37,514 nucleotides of DNA. Origin: Promethearchaeota archaeon. Lineage in GTDB: Archaea; Asgardarchaeota; Hermodarchaeia; Hermodarchaeales; Hermodarchaeaceae. Below are positions 26,789 through 35,254 of the stretch, piece after piece. The notes beneath the pieces were generated by a model, which worked only from the letters and a program-made list of their open reading frames with translations, ran no database searches and was not told the origin of the DNA. Every line of letters begins with the position of its first letter. Within the stretch, counting starts at the first letter, position 1. The stretch spans positions 1 through 37,514 of the forward strand of contig JBHLPR010000019.1 in the NCBI GenBank assembly GCA_048939245.1. Direction: 5' to 3'. The translations under genes were made by a program, and so were the position numbers.

Positions 26789-27919
26789 CTAACCGTATTC
26801 TACTTTCACCGCATCGTGCGAACACTTCGCAACACAATCGAGACAGAGGATGCATTCGGGATCATGGATAGGTCCAAAGGGTTTGGTCATGACGTCGATG
26901 CCGACGGGGCAGGCTTGTTTACATCGTGGGGAATCACAGGTGGGACCCAGGCATTCGGTGGCGCTACGGCTCACGGTGAGGAAGCTAAATTGGCTGACTA
27001 GCCCCATCAAGGCACCTGTGGGGCAGAGATAGCGGCAAAATGGACGCATCATGAATAATGACATGATTAGTACAATTGCAAGGAAAGCGAGCCGGATATA
27101 CATAGCCCAACTCCATGTGATGAATGGGGGGTTCCATTGAGTGAGGATGGGAGAAATTATTCCATTGAGATAAAGGTAGGGCAAAATGACAAAGAATGTA
27201 CCTGAGGGATTGAGGGCTGACCAAAGTGCTGTGGCAAATGCGGATCCGAATAGTGACTGTGATAAGGCTTGCCTTAAACCTTCATCGATTCCAAGAAACG
27301 TCCAATAACCGAGCCAAGCAACAAAAAACAACACGACAAAGAGAATCACGTATTTGACACTCTTTAGGCGTTGATCCCATTGCTTGGATGGGTATCGTTT
27401 ACGAATTGGAGTGAGTGCGAAGAGGTCTTGAACAAATCCAAAGGGACAAATCCAACCACAAAAACTACGACCAATCAGAATAGGTACAATGAGGATAACA
27501 CCGACGGCAATATAGGGAAAAATGCCCTGTTGTCCAACGAATTGAATCACCTCGAAATAGCCAGTGGCTGTTCCTTGGGCAATGCCTTGGGGCATATCAA
27601 AAGGCATGGGAATATATCCAAAGATGGGAATGAGCCATGCAACACCTGAAAAGATTGTACCCATGAGAGGGTCATAACCTAAAACAAACACGATTCCCGC
27701 ATAGAAAAGGACAAGGAATGCAGCTAGTTGAACAATGAACCGGACGATGCGGATAGCCAGCAATTCTTCAAAGGCTTTTTTCACCCAATAATGGAGGGTT
27801 TTGTGTGGCCGTGATTTCTCAAGAAGGGTTCTTTTCCATCGTGCTAAGGGGCGTTCAATTCGGTCCCAAATACGCGTAGAATCCTCTTCTTGTTCAACTT
27901 CGTTTTCGTTGTCGCTCAC
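26789..27919 (-). CDS. NapH/MauN-family membrane 4Fe-4S protein
   Basis: GRSFCGWICPFG, RPFCRYLCPTG, CKQACP, CILCLDCVAKC; AGGAG SD before GTG at 27919. Confidence 0.88.
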   Translation of the reverse strand: MSDNENEVEQEEDSTRIWDRIERPLARWKRTLLEKSRPHKTLHYWVKKAFEELLAIRIVRFIVQLAAFLVLFYAGIVFVLGYDPLMGTIFSGVAWLIPIFGYIPMPFDMPQGIAQGTATGYFEVIQFVGQQGIFPYIAVGVILIVPILIGRSFCGWICPFGFVQDLFALTPIRKRYPSKQWDQRLKSVKYVILFVVLFFVAWLGYWTFLGIDEGLRQALSQSLFGSAFATALWSALNPSGTFFVILPYLYLNGIISPILTQWNPPFITWSWAMYIRLAFLAIVLIMSLFMMRPFCRYLCPTGALMGLVSQFSFLTVSRSATECLGPTCDSPRCKQACPVGIDVMTKPFGPIHDPECILCLDCVAKCSHDAVKVEYG

Positions 27920-27932
27920 AATGGTTATCTCC

Positions 27933-28088
27933 TTAGAATGTGATGGGTTGTGGGAAATAGGGTGCATATACGTCAGAAAAGACTTGAAGCCATGAGCGTA
28001 CAAGCTCATGCTGCCCTAGTGAGATTCCAAAGGCAAGGGCGGCTAATCCCACACATAGAATGGCGATGGCAATGACTCGTCGGTTCAT
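27933..28088 (-). CDS. 51-aa single-TM microprotein
   Basis: MNRRVIAIAILCVGLAALAFGISLGQHELVRSWLQVFSDVYAPYFPQPITF; GGAGGA SD; the stop overlaps the SD of the NapH-like gene. Below the ORF-track cutoff. Confidence 0.75.
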   Translation of the reverse strand: MNRRVIAIAILCVGLAALAFGISLGQHELVRSWLQVFSDVYAPYFPQPITF

Positions 28089-28184
28089 CTGAAATGTCCT
28101 CCGGTGAGAGGTTCAGAATTACACTAGTGTATAAAATGTTTTGTGTTCAGGAGTAATTTCATGGGGAAGTTGGAACCCAAATGA

Positions 28185-28940
28185 TTAGAAATCTCGAAGC
28201 ACCGCTTCAAAAATTTCCACTTGATGACCAAGCACCTTTGATCGTTGCTCTAAATTCGTTTTACGTGATTTGTAATCTTTTTCTTTAACTTCTCCAACGG
28301 AATGACGTGCATCGAGTAAAGATAATTCATCACGGACTCCTTTGTATTGGGCTTTAAGTAAGGTCAACCATTCACGGGCTAAAATGACCTGTTCTTGGTA
28401 TTGAGCATCCGCTTCTGCCATACCCTGCTCATATTCATCTTGAAGTCGAATATAGACGCTTTCGCGGACTTTTCCGCCTTCTTTTAACTCTTCAAGTTTA
28501 GTCATCCTTTCTTTCAATCGTTGCCGTTCTTTCCCTGCTTTTTCAAAATTGAATTCTTTAACTTTCGAGTTAAGTTTCTTTTCTTTGGTCTTAAGCGCCT
28601 TAATCTTCTGTTGCAGCGGTTTAATTTCCTTTTCCAACTCTGCAATTGATCGGTCGCCCTGTTCTAGCTCTTTTTCAAGAGCTTCTAATTCACTGAGCAA
28701 CTCCGACTCTTCTTCTTCAATGCCCATTAATTGTGCCCGAACTTCCAGTTGTGCTAATACTTCTGCGGGAACCTCTGTCACTGGCTCTCGATCCGGCATA
28801 ACAGCAGGTGCTGCACGCCCCGTTGTAACTGGACGTGACACCGGTTTTGCTACCGGGGCACCAAGTTTCGAGCCACAATACTTACAAAATTTCGCTGAAT
28901 CCTTCACCGATTGCCCGCAATTAGGACAGATACGCGACAT
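28185..28940 (-). CDS. Zinc-ribbon + CdvA-like coiled-coil protein
   Basis: CPNCG...FCKYCG ribbon, then coiled coil with GKVRESVYIRLQDEY and LDARHSVGEVKEKDY; ATG at 28940 with AGGTGAG SD. Confidence 0.75.
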   Translation of the reverse strand: MSRICPNCGQSVKDSAKFCKYCGSKLGAPVAKPVSRPVTTGRAAPAVMPDREPVTEVPAEVLAQLEVRAQLMGIEEEESELLSELEALEKELEQGDRSIAELEKEIKPLQQKIKALKTKEKKLNSKVKEFNFEKAGKERQRLKERMTKLEELKEGGKVRESVYIRLQDEYEQGMAEADAQYQEQVILAREWLTLLKAQYKGVRDELSLLDARHSVGEVKEKDYKSRKTNLEQRSKVLGHQVEIFEAVLRDF

Positions 28941-29077
28941 ACACTCACCTGCCGAATTCCTTGTAATTTCACGCCTAAAATCCTTCGCTACCCCACGTTT
29001 TCCATCGAACAGACTCCTAAAAGTCCGTAAAGTATTTTCCCTTGTAATAAGCACCAATACATGAAGGGATAGGAACC

Positions 29078-29968
29078 ATGCAATTTGACATATTCTACTT
29101 CTTCCAAGCCTATTGGTGGCTCATTGTCATCCTTATCTTCATAATTGTCTTACTCCTCATCGTTCCCTTCATCCGCGTCCTCAAAGAGTACGAACGTGCG
29201 GTCATCTTCCGCCTTGGTCGTGCTCTTCCTGGCGTCAAAGGTCCCGGCGTCATCTTCCTTATACCAATCCTTGACAAAATGGAAAGAGTCGACCTCCGCG
29301 AACAATACTTCGAAATCGAACATCAACGCTGCATCACCAGCGACAACGCTCCAGTTGACATCGACCTTCTCATATATCATCGGGTAGTCAATGCCCGAGA
29401 CAGCGTCCTTCGAATTCGAGATTTCAGCGGTGCTGCACTCGGAATCAGCCAAACCACACTCCGCGCTGTTGTGGGAGACATCACCTTAGATGATGTCCTA
29501 GCAAAACGGGAATACATCAACAGTGTGCTTCGCGAAAAACTTGATGAAAATACAGAACCGTGGGGCGTCAAAGTCACGAAAGTCGAGATTCGTGAAATTC
29601 TACCGCCTACAAAGGTGAATGAAGCGATGATTATGCAGATGGAGGCTGAGCGACGACGCCGTGCTATGGTGACAGAGGCCGCTGGTAAACGGGAGTCGAC
29701 GATTGCTATTGCTGAGGGTGATAAGCAATCGGCTATTCTACGGGCGGAGGGTGAACGGCAGTCATCGGTTTTACGAGCGGAGGGTGAAGCCTTAGCGTTA
29801 CAGAAGGTCTTTGATGTCGCGAAGGGTATTGACGAAAAGACCATGGTGCTTCAGTACATGCACACGATCCAAGCTCTCGGTACGAGTCCCAGTACCAAGT
29901 ATATAATACCCATCGAATTCACCCAGTTAGTAACACCGATTCAAAAGTTCTTGAAAGCCATCAAGTAG
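29078..29968 (+). CDS. SPFH/band-7 (stomatin/QmcA-like) membrane protein
   Basis: N-terminal TM, EYERAVIFRLG, ITSDN, QTTLRAVVG..LD..L..RE.IN, WGVKV..VEI, AE-rich coiled coil. Confidence 0.93.
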   Translation: MQFDIFYFFQAYWWLIVILIFIIVLLLIVPFIRVLKEYERAVIFRLGRALPGVKGPGVIFLIPILDKMERVDLREQYFEIEHQRCITSDNAPVDIDLLIYHRVVNARDSVLRIRDFSGAALGISQTTLRAVVGDITLDDVLAKREYINSVLREKLDENTEPWGVKVTKVEIREILPPTKVNEAMIMQMEAERRRRAMVTEAAGKRESTIAIAEGDKQSAILRAEGERQSSVLRAEGEALALQKVFDVAKGIDEKTMVLQYMHTIQALGTSPSTKYIIPIEFTQLVTPIQKFLKAIK

Positions 29969-30063
29969 GACTAGGTTGTAGAGAAAAGGAATCCGAGCCA
30001 GTGAACTGGCACCGTTAGTTCTATTTGTTAGGCTATCTGGGTATTGAAAATAAATGGTGTTGA

Positions 30064-30384
30064 TTACTTCGAGGCCGCTTGGATTTTTTCTTTGACAGTT
30101 TCGCGGGTATCATTATCAAGTACTGTCGTATAGGTCTTGTATCCAGGAAGTCCAGTAGTGATCTCTTCAATGAGGAGCATTAGAGCTTTTTCTGCATCGA
30201 GGTCTCGAACTTCTAAGCTGGCATCATCAAAGATAAAACTTGCTTCCTTCCATTTTCCTTCTCCAAGTTGATACATCATGTACAGGTAGTCGTCGGTCAT
30301 CACAATAGCGGATTTCACTTTCCACGCTTCTTCAAGGAGTTCTAGGGCTTTCTTTGCATTCTCCTCTTTGCTCATAGGTATCAC
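30064..30384 (-). CDS. Hypothetical protein
   Basis: 106-aa ORF with globular composition, co-oriented with endA. Confidence 0.7.
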   Translation of the reverse strand: MIPMSKEENAKKALELLEEAWKVKSAIVMTDDYLYMMYQLGEGKWKEASFIFDDASLEVRDLDAEKALMLLIEEITTGLPGYKTYTTVLDNDTRETVKEKIQAASK

Positions 30385-30455
30385 GTCTGTGTAAGTGAAC
30401 TCTACAACGCCTCATAAAAATCCAATGGTTAAAATTCGGAGGGTCGTACAATTTG

Positions 30456-31016
30456 TTAAGGTTTAATCCATGAGAATACGAAATATCGTACTTTTCCTGT
30501 TTCGGTTGCAGTGGCTAGTACGAACCGTTTACGGACAGAAGTTGCTAGACGTCCTGCCCGCACAACTTCGATAGCAGAAATCTCATCGGATTTAGCGATG
30601 ACTTCGACAATAAACAAAGAATGGTCGATTCCTGGTCCATGTCGATATACGGCAAAATCCGCGCCAAACTTTAACCCTGGTCGGACAATGAAGCCTCGTT
30701 TGCGGAGATCTTCGTACACTTGGTATTTTCGACTGAAGTCCTTATGTTGTTTTTCAGCTACAGCAACAAGGGCTTTTTCTTTTAACGGGGCATTTGATTC
30801 ATCAAGATAGACATCGATTTTGCCTTTACGAAGCAGATGTAAGGCTTCAAAGAAGGAAAGCTGGGAAGGCCGGTCAAATTCGGTGGTTTTAGGTTTTCGA
30901 ATGCCGAGTGGCTTACCAAAAAATCCGTTTCCGTAGAGTTCTGACCCGTCTTCCGGGTTCCAGACTACAACTTTATTTTCTACAATTTGAACCGGGATAC
31001 GCTTGGTTTTTGGCAT
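30456..31016 (-). CDS. endA: tRNA-splicing endonuclease catalytic subunit
   Basis: LSFFEALHL, VYEDLRKRG, GLKFGADFAVY, GPGIDHS, SVRK (Y/H/K triad). Confidence 0.93.
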   Translation of the reverse strand: MPKTKRIPVQIVENKVVVWNPEDGSELYGNGFFGKPLGIRKPKTTEFDRPSQLSFFEALHLLRKGKIDVYLDESNAPLKEKALVAVAEKQHKDFSRKYQVYEDLRKRGFIVRPGLKFGADFAVYRHGPGIDHSLFIVEVIAKSDEISAIEVVRAGRLATSVRKRFVLATATETGKVRYFVFSWIKP

Positions 31017-31074
31017 CTCATCTCACACGGACACAGTTCTGGATATTCTGTGGTTGCGAAGTTTAAAAGAAGTA

Positions 31075-31755
31075 CTATGGGACACGGGCAATGGCAATAA
31101 TGCGAACCGCATCCGCCGCATCTTCCGCTGCATCTGCAATTTCCTCTAGATGCTGTCCAAGATCCTTTAACCGTAACAGAACTGGAACCTCAGGATTGGA
31201 TTTGTAAAGAAACTGAGTGAAACTTCGGTGTGCTGCATCTGCTTCTCGCTCAGCCAGGTCAACTTGCGTGGCGAGTTCGACTGCCTTATTAGAATTCTGT
31301 TCTAAGAACAGAATGGCTTGGCGCATTTTGTAAACCGCATCAGAGAGGGCATCCAGCAAGGCTTTGAAATGTTTACGAGTTTTTGAATCTGGTTGGAATT
31401 CTTCTAGTCCCGATAGGTCCCATGCAGATGCTTCACATAGGTCAGCAATATCATCAGTGCGCATAACAAGACGGAAGTAATCGCTTCGCCGCAGCATAGT
31501 TTCTGAAATGGAAAGTTCGTCTAAGAGCGATCGTTTGATATTATCGGCTTTTCTTTCGAGTTTTGCTAACTTATTAAAATGGTCACGTTGGCGCTCTTTA
31601 CGACCGTCCATCCAGTCTTCAATCATAACTCGAAGTTCCTTTGCTGCTTGTAAGACGATACCTGCATGGTCTTGAGCTATTGCGATGGCTTTGTATTCTG
31701 CCCGATTTCCAGGGGTTTCTAGTGTCACCTTTGCTGACCTCAGAGCGAGGGTCAT
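31075..31755 (-). CDS. DUF47 / PhoU-like phosphate transport regulator
   Basis: LERKADNIKR, DDIADLCE, EREADAAHR, EEIADAAEDAAD repeats. Confidence 0.85.
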   Translation of the reverse strand: MTLALRSAKVTLETPGNRAEYKAIAIAQDHAGIVLQAAKELRVMIEDWMDGRKERQRDHFNKLAKLERKADNIKRSLLDELSISETMLRRSDYFRLVMRTDDIADLCEASAWDLSGLEEFQPDSKTRKHFKALLDALSDAVYKMRQAILFLEQNSNKAVELATQVDLAEREADAAHRSFTQFLYKSNPEVPVLLRLKDLGQHLEEIADAAEDAADAVRIIAIARVP

Positions 31756-31787
31756 CGTCACCTCTATTAAAGCATATCGCCTTAACT

Positions 31788-32639
31788 TCAAGGAACCGGA
31801 AAAAGAATTGGGGGAACAGTCAGAATAATGATAAGAATGCCCAAACAGAAGCAGAAAATCCACCATGGAACCCGAATGGCATAATAGCGAAGCAGGCTAA
31901 GAGTAACTAATCCAGTGAGTAAAGCCACCAGCATTAGAACTAGAAGCAAGGGGAAAGGCAGAATGAGGACCGCGCCTTCGATGATAAAGTCCAAAACGAC
32001 GATACCAAAAATCGCAGGCACGCTTAGGAGAAAACTCAACCGAAGTGCTTCTTCTCGTTCTACCCCACGTACTAATAGCCATGTTAATGTCATCGCAGAT
32101 CGACTTATTCCGGGAAGCACTGCGATCCCCTGGAGGAGGCCAATCACAAAAGCCTCACGGAGAGAAACATCCGCCAATCCGAGATTTTCTTTGGCACCTC
32201 GCTGGAAATATAAGATTATACCAGTTACCAGCAACAATACACCAATGAGGAGTGTAACAATACTGCCCATAAGGAGGGTTACCCAACTTTTCAGAAACAA
32301 ATACAAAGGCACTGCAATCAATGCGGTTCCCGCTGTTCCCACAAGTACAAACATAAAGAGGGGACCAAAAGTTTTCGTTGCATAATTGTTTTCCTCTGTT
32401 TTGTCGAGATGTATTCGCTGATATAGGAATCCAAAAACATCTCGATGGTAAAAGATAATGACGGTGAAGGCGGTTCCCAGGTGCAACCAAAAAATCAGGG
32501 ATAGTATGAAGGTGGGATCGAAAAGAAACGCGTTTACTCCGACAAGTAAAATCTGTCCTTCACTGCTTACTGGAAGATATTCCAGGAGTCCTTGGAGGAA
32601 TGCCAAAATTAGAAGCGGAATAATCATGGCTGATATCAC
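31788..32639 (-). CDS. uppP: Undecaprenyl/polyprenyl-diphosphate phosphatase (BacA family)
   Basis: QGLLEYLPVSSEGQ, LHLGT, QGIAVLPGISRS, SFLLSVPA. Confidence 0.88.
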   Translation of the reverse strand: MISAMIIPLLILAFLQGLLEYLPVSSEGQILLVGVNAFLFDPTFILSLIFWLHLGTAFTVIIFYHRDVFGFLYQRIHLDKTEENNYATKTFGPLFMFVLVGTAGTALIAVPLYLFLKSWVTLLMGSIVTLLIGVLLLVTGIILYFQRGAKENLGLADVSLREAFVIGLLQGIAVLPGISRSAMTLTWLLVRGVEREEALRLSFLLSVPAIFGIVVLDFIIEGAVLILPFPLLLVLMLVALLTGLVTLSLLRYYAIRVPWWIFCFCLGILIIILTVPPILFPVP

Positions 32640-32785
32640 TCAAGCTAGTCTCCGTTGATACCTCATTCCCCTATAAGAATGTCTGAAAGGGCGCCAAGTA
32701 TTTAGATGTTGAAAGGAAGGCTGAAAAAACCAAGGGGCTGTCCTGCTCTTTTTTGGTCTTGTGGCGAATGGCTTAAAACCTACCG

Positions 32786-33157
32786 TTGACAAAAAATTCT
32801 GGAGGCTTTGCTGTGGACTCAGAAGGTAAATCATCATCAGCAAAGAGCCAGAAACTCACTCGCCTTCAGAAAATGGCTGAAGAAGATCCAGTGAAACGAG
32901 AGCTGTTACGCTGTCTTAGCGACGGATTATGGCACACAACTTCCGAACTGGCTCGCTTTGCGAAAAAAGCCAATCCTGTGGTGGGCCTTGTCACTGTGGG
33001 CACTATTTTGACTCGAATGCAAGATCAGCTTGGTGAGTATTTTCTTGAACAGATGGTCCAACAGGCGGCTGAAGGGGTGTCTTCTTGGCGGATTGGGGTA
33101 GAATGGCTGGATGTTGTAAAAGAACTTTTGAGACCACCAGCGTCTGCTTCTTCGTGA
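32786..33157 (+). CDS. Putative winged-helix protein
   Basis: DPVKRELLRCLSDG..HTTSELAR...VGTIL HTH-like pattern. Confidence 0.65.
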   Translation: MTKNSGGFAVDSEGKSSSAKSQKLTRLQKMAEEDPVKRELLRCLSDGLWHTTSELARFAKKANPVVGLVTVGTILTRMQDQLGEYFLEQMVQQAAEGVSSWRIGVEWLDVVKELLRPPASASS

Positions 33158-33317
33158 ATCTAAAGTGTGTTTTTTTAATGATGGTCGCTATAGAGCCGTT
33201 TTTTGATTGAAATAATTGGATTTAATACTGTATTTATAAGTAAAGAGGTTTTAATCGGTGTAAAATTTAAGTAGGGGCAGTAAGAACGGTTATTTTAACA
33301 AATAACCGGTGATTCTT

Positions 33318-33557
33318 ATGCCCCGAGAAAAAACAACTCGAATAATTCCCCTTGCACCCGTTGATAGGCTGATTCGAAAAGCTGGGGCTGAACGCGTAAG
33401 CGAACATGCAGCCACAGAACTTGGTGAAGTCGTCGAGGAACTTGGAATTGAAATCGCCACCATCGCTAAAGAACTCTCAGAATTTGCGGGACGAAAAACA
33501 GTTACACGAAAAGACGTCAAACTCGCATATAAGCAATGGAAGAAGACGCGGCGCTGA
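33318..33557 (+). CDS. Archaeal histone with short basic extensions
   Basis: IPLAPVDRLIRKAGAERVS...FAGRKTVTRKDVKLA histone fold; GGTGA SD. Confidence 0.93.
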   Translation: MPREKTTRIIPLAPVDRLIRKAGAERVSEHAATELGEVVEELGIEIATIAKELSEFAGRKTVTRKDVKLAYKQWKKTRR

Positions 33558-33640
33558 TTTTTTCTTACTGACAACGAACAATCTTAAGGCTTAAAATGGG
33601 TGCAAATGCACAATCCTAGTTAGTGCTACCTTTTTCGTAG

Positions 33641-34867
33641 GTGATACTAATGCCCACCAACTCCTTCCGGAATAATCTCATCACCAATCGGACGAAAACC
33701 ATTCACTATGCAATCCGTGATGTCGTTGTAACTGCTAAGCAGCTCGAAACGACGGGAAAGCAGATTACATATCTTAATATTGGCGATCCGATTGTCTACG
33801 ATTTTGAAACTCCCTCCTTTATGATTGATGCATTTTGTGCTGCTGCGAAAGAAGGACATAATGGTTATTCGGCTTCTGCAGGAATTCCTGAATTTCGCAA
33901 AGCCGTCGTTGAAAAAGAAAAACGTGTCAACCAAGTATCCGTGGACTCCTCAGATGTAATTGCGACCGCTGGGATTTCAGAAGGAATACAAATGATGATG
34001 GCGGCGCTTGTTCATCCTGGGTCCGAGGTCTTGGTGCCTGGACCAACGTATCCGCCTTATCTAGCTTTTGTCCGCTTCTTTGAGGGAGTCGCTCATACCT
34101 ATCGTTGCCTCGAAGAAGAAGGCTGGCAACCAGATCTTGATGATATTCGCGCAAAGATTACTGAGAAAACCGCTGCAATTGTTTTGATTAATCCTAATAA
34201 CCCAACCGGGTCGGTCTACGATGAAAAGACGGTTAAGAATTTTGTCGACCTTGCGGGCGAGTTTGGCCTTCCCCTAATCTCTGATGAAGTCTATGATCGT
34301 CTTGTGTATGACCGAACCCCCAAAAGCACAGCCGCCATAGCTAACGATGTTCCTATCATTGGGTTCAATGGACTATCCAAAGTTTATCTTGTCCCTGGTT
34401 GGCGCATAGGATATATGTACTTTCATCACCCAAACCAGGAGCTGGAATCGTTGAAAGAACATATCCTAAAACAGGCACGTATACGAATTTGTACGAACGC
34501 TCCTGCTCAGTACGCTGCTGCCGCTGCTCTCCGTGAAAGTGACGAATATCTTAAACCGGTCCTCACACGGCTACGTCAACGGCGCGATCTTGTATTCAAT
34601 CGATTAAATGAAATCGAGGGCATTTCAACTTCGAAACCTGAAGGCGCTTTTTACATATTTCCAAAAATTGAATTGGGCACTAGGTGGTCATCGGATGAAG
34701 CCTTTGTCATGGACTTACTCCATAAAACTGGTATTCTAGTGGTCCATGGATCTGGTTTCGACCCCAAGTATGGGGCAGGTCATTTCCGTCTTGTTTTCCT
34801 TGCTCCACCATCAACTCTGAACTCAGCTTTGGATGCTATTGGAGCTTATCTAGAACAAAAATCCTAA
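33641..34867 (+). CDS. PLP-dependent class I/II aminotransferase (alanine aminotransferase-like)
   Basis: YAIR, LNIGDP, INPNNPTG, SDEVYD, NGLSKVYLVPGWRIG, HFRLVFL. Confidence 0.92.
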   Translation: MILMPTNSFRNNLITNRTKTIHYAIRDVVVTAKQLETTGKQITYLNIGDPIVYDFETPSFMIDAFCAAAKEGHNGYSASAGIPEFRKAVVEKEKRVNQVSVDSSDVIATAGISEGIQMMMAALVHPGSEVLVPGPTYPPYLAFVRFFEGVAHTYRCLEEEGWQPDLDDIRAKITEKTAAIVLINPNNPTGSVYDEKTVKNFVDLAGEFGLPLISDEVYDRLVYDRTPKSTAAIANDVPIIGFNGLSKVYLVPGWRIGYMYFHHPNQELESLKEHILKQARIRICTNAPAQYAAAAALRESDEYLKPVLTRLRQRRDLVFNRLNEIEGISTSKPEGAFYIFPKIELGTRWSSDEAFVMDLLHKTGILVVHGSGFDPKYGAGHFRLVFLAPPSTLNSALDAIGAYLEQKS

Positions 34868-35190
34868 TCAAAGCTTGAAGGGTCGGTGGGGGGTTGGGAA
34901 CTCATATCTGACTCAGGCGGTCTAGATATATTGAGTCGCGCTTCCTGTACCATACGCCCAATGGTACCAAACATTCGCTCAGGGCTAAACATTGGCATGG
35001 AGACGTTATTTTGGATGGCGTTAAAAATCTCGTTATGATTGAGGTCGGTTGTTAAGGGTGTTGTACTAATTTCCGTGGGACCACGGAATACTTTAACAGC
35101 CCATCGGTCACCCATTCGTCCGAGCTCAACGAGGTATGAAGTCATTGGCAGAATGTATTTTTGTGTGATGGGGTGGTATTCTTGTGACAC
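34864..35190 (-). CDS. Hypothetical protein
   Basis: 108-aa ORF with GGAGG SD; stop overlaps the aminotransferase stop. Confidence 0.65.
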   Translation of the reverse strand: MSQEYHPITQKYILPMTSYLVELGRMGDRWAVKVFRGPTEISTTPLTTDLNHNEIFNAIQNNVSMPMFSPERMFGTIGRMVQEARLNISRPPESDMSSQPPTDPSSFD

Positions 35191-35254
35191 GCTTCATCGC
35201 CTCCATCTACCGTAACCACCGATATCGGCTAAAAAGGCTTTGTGACAACTGAAT

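Noticed and set aside
27920-28009. N-terminal extension of the NapH-like ORF
   Set aside because: Better explained by the 51-aa ORF in another frame and an SD-led GTG at 27919.
29997-30010. Hairpin GCCAGT-GA-ACTGGC between convergent genes
   Set aside because: Only a 6-bp stem without a U-tract; too little to call a terminator.
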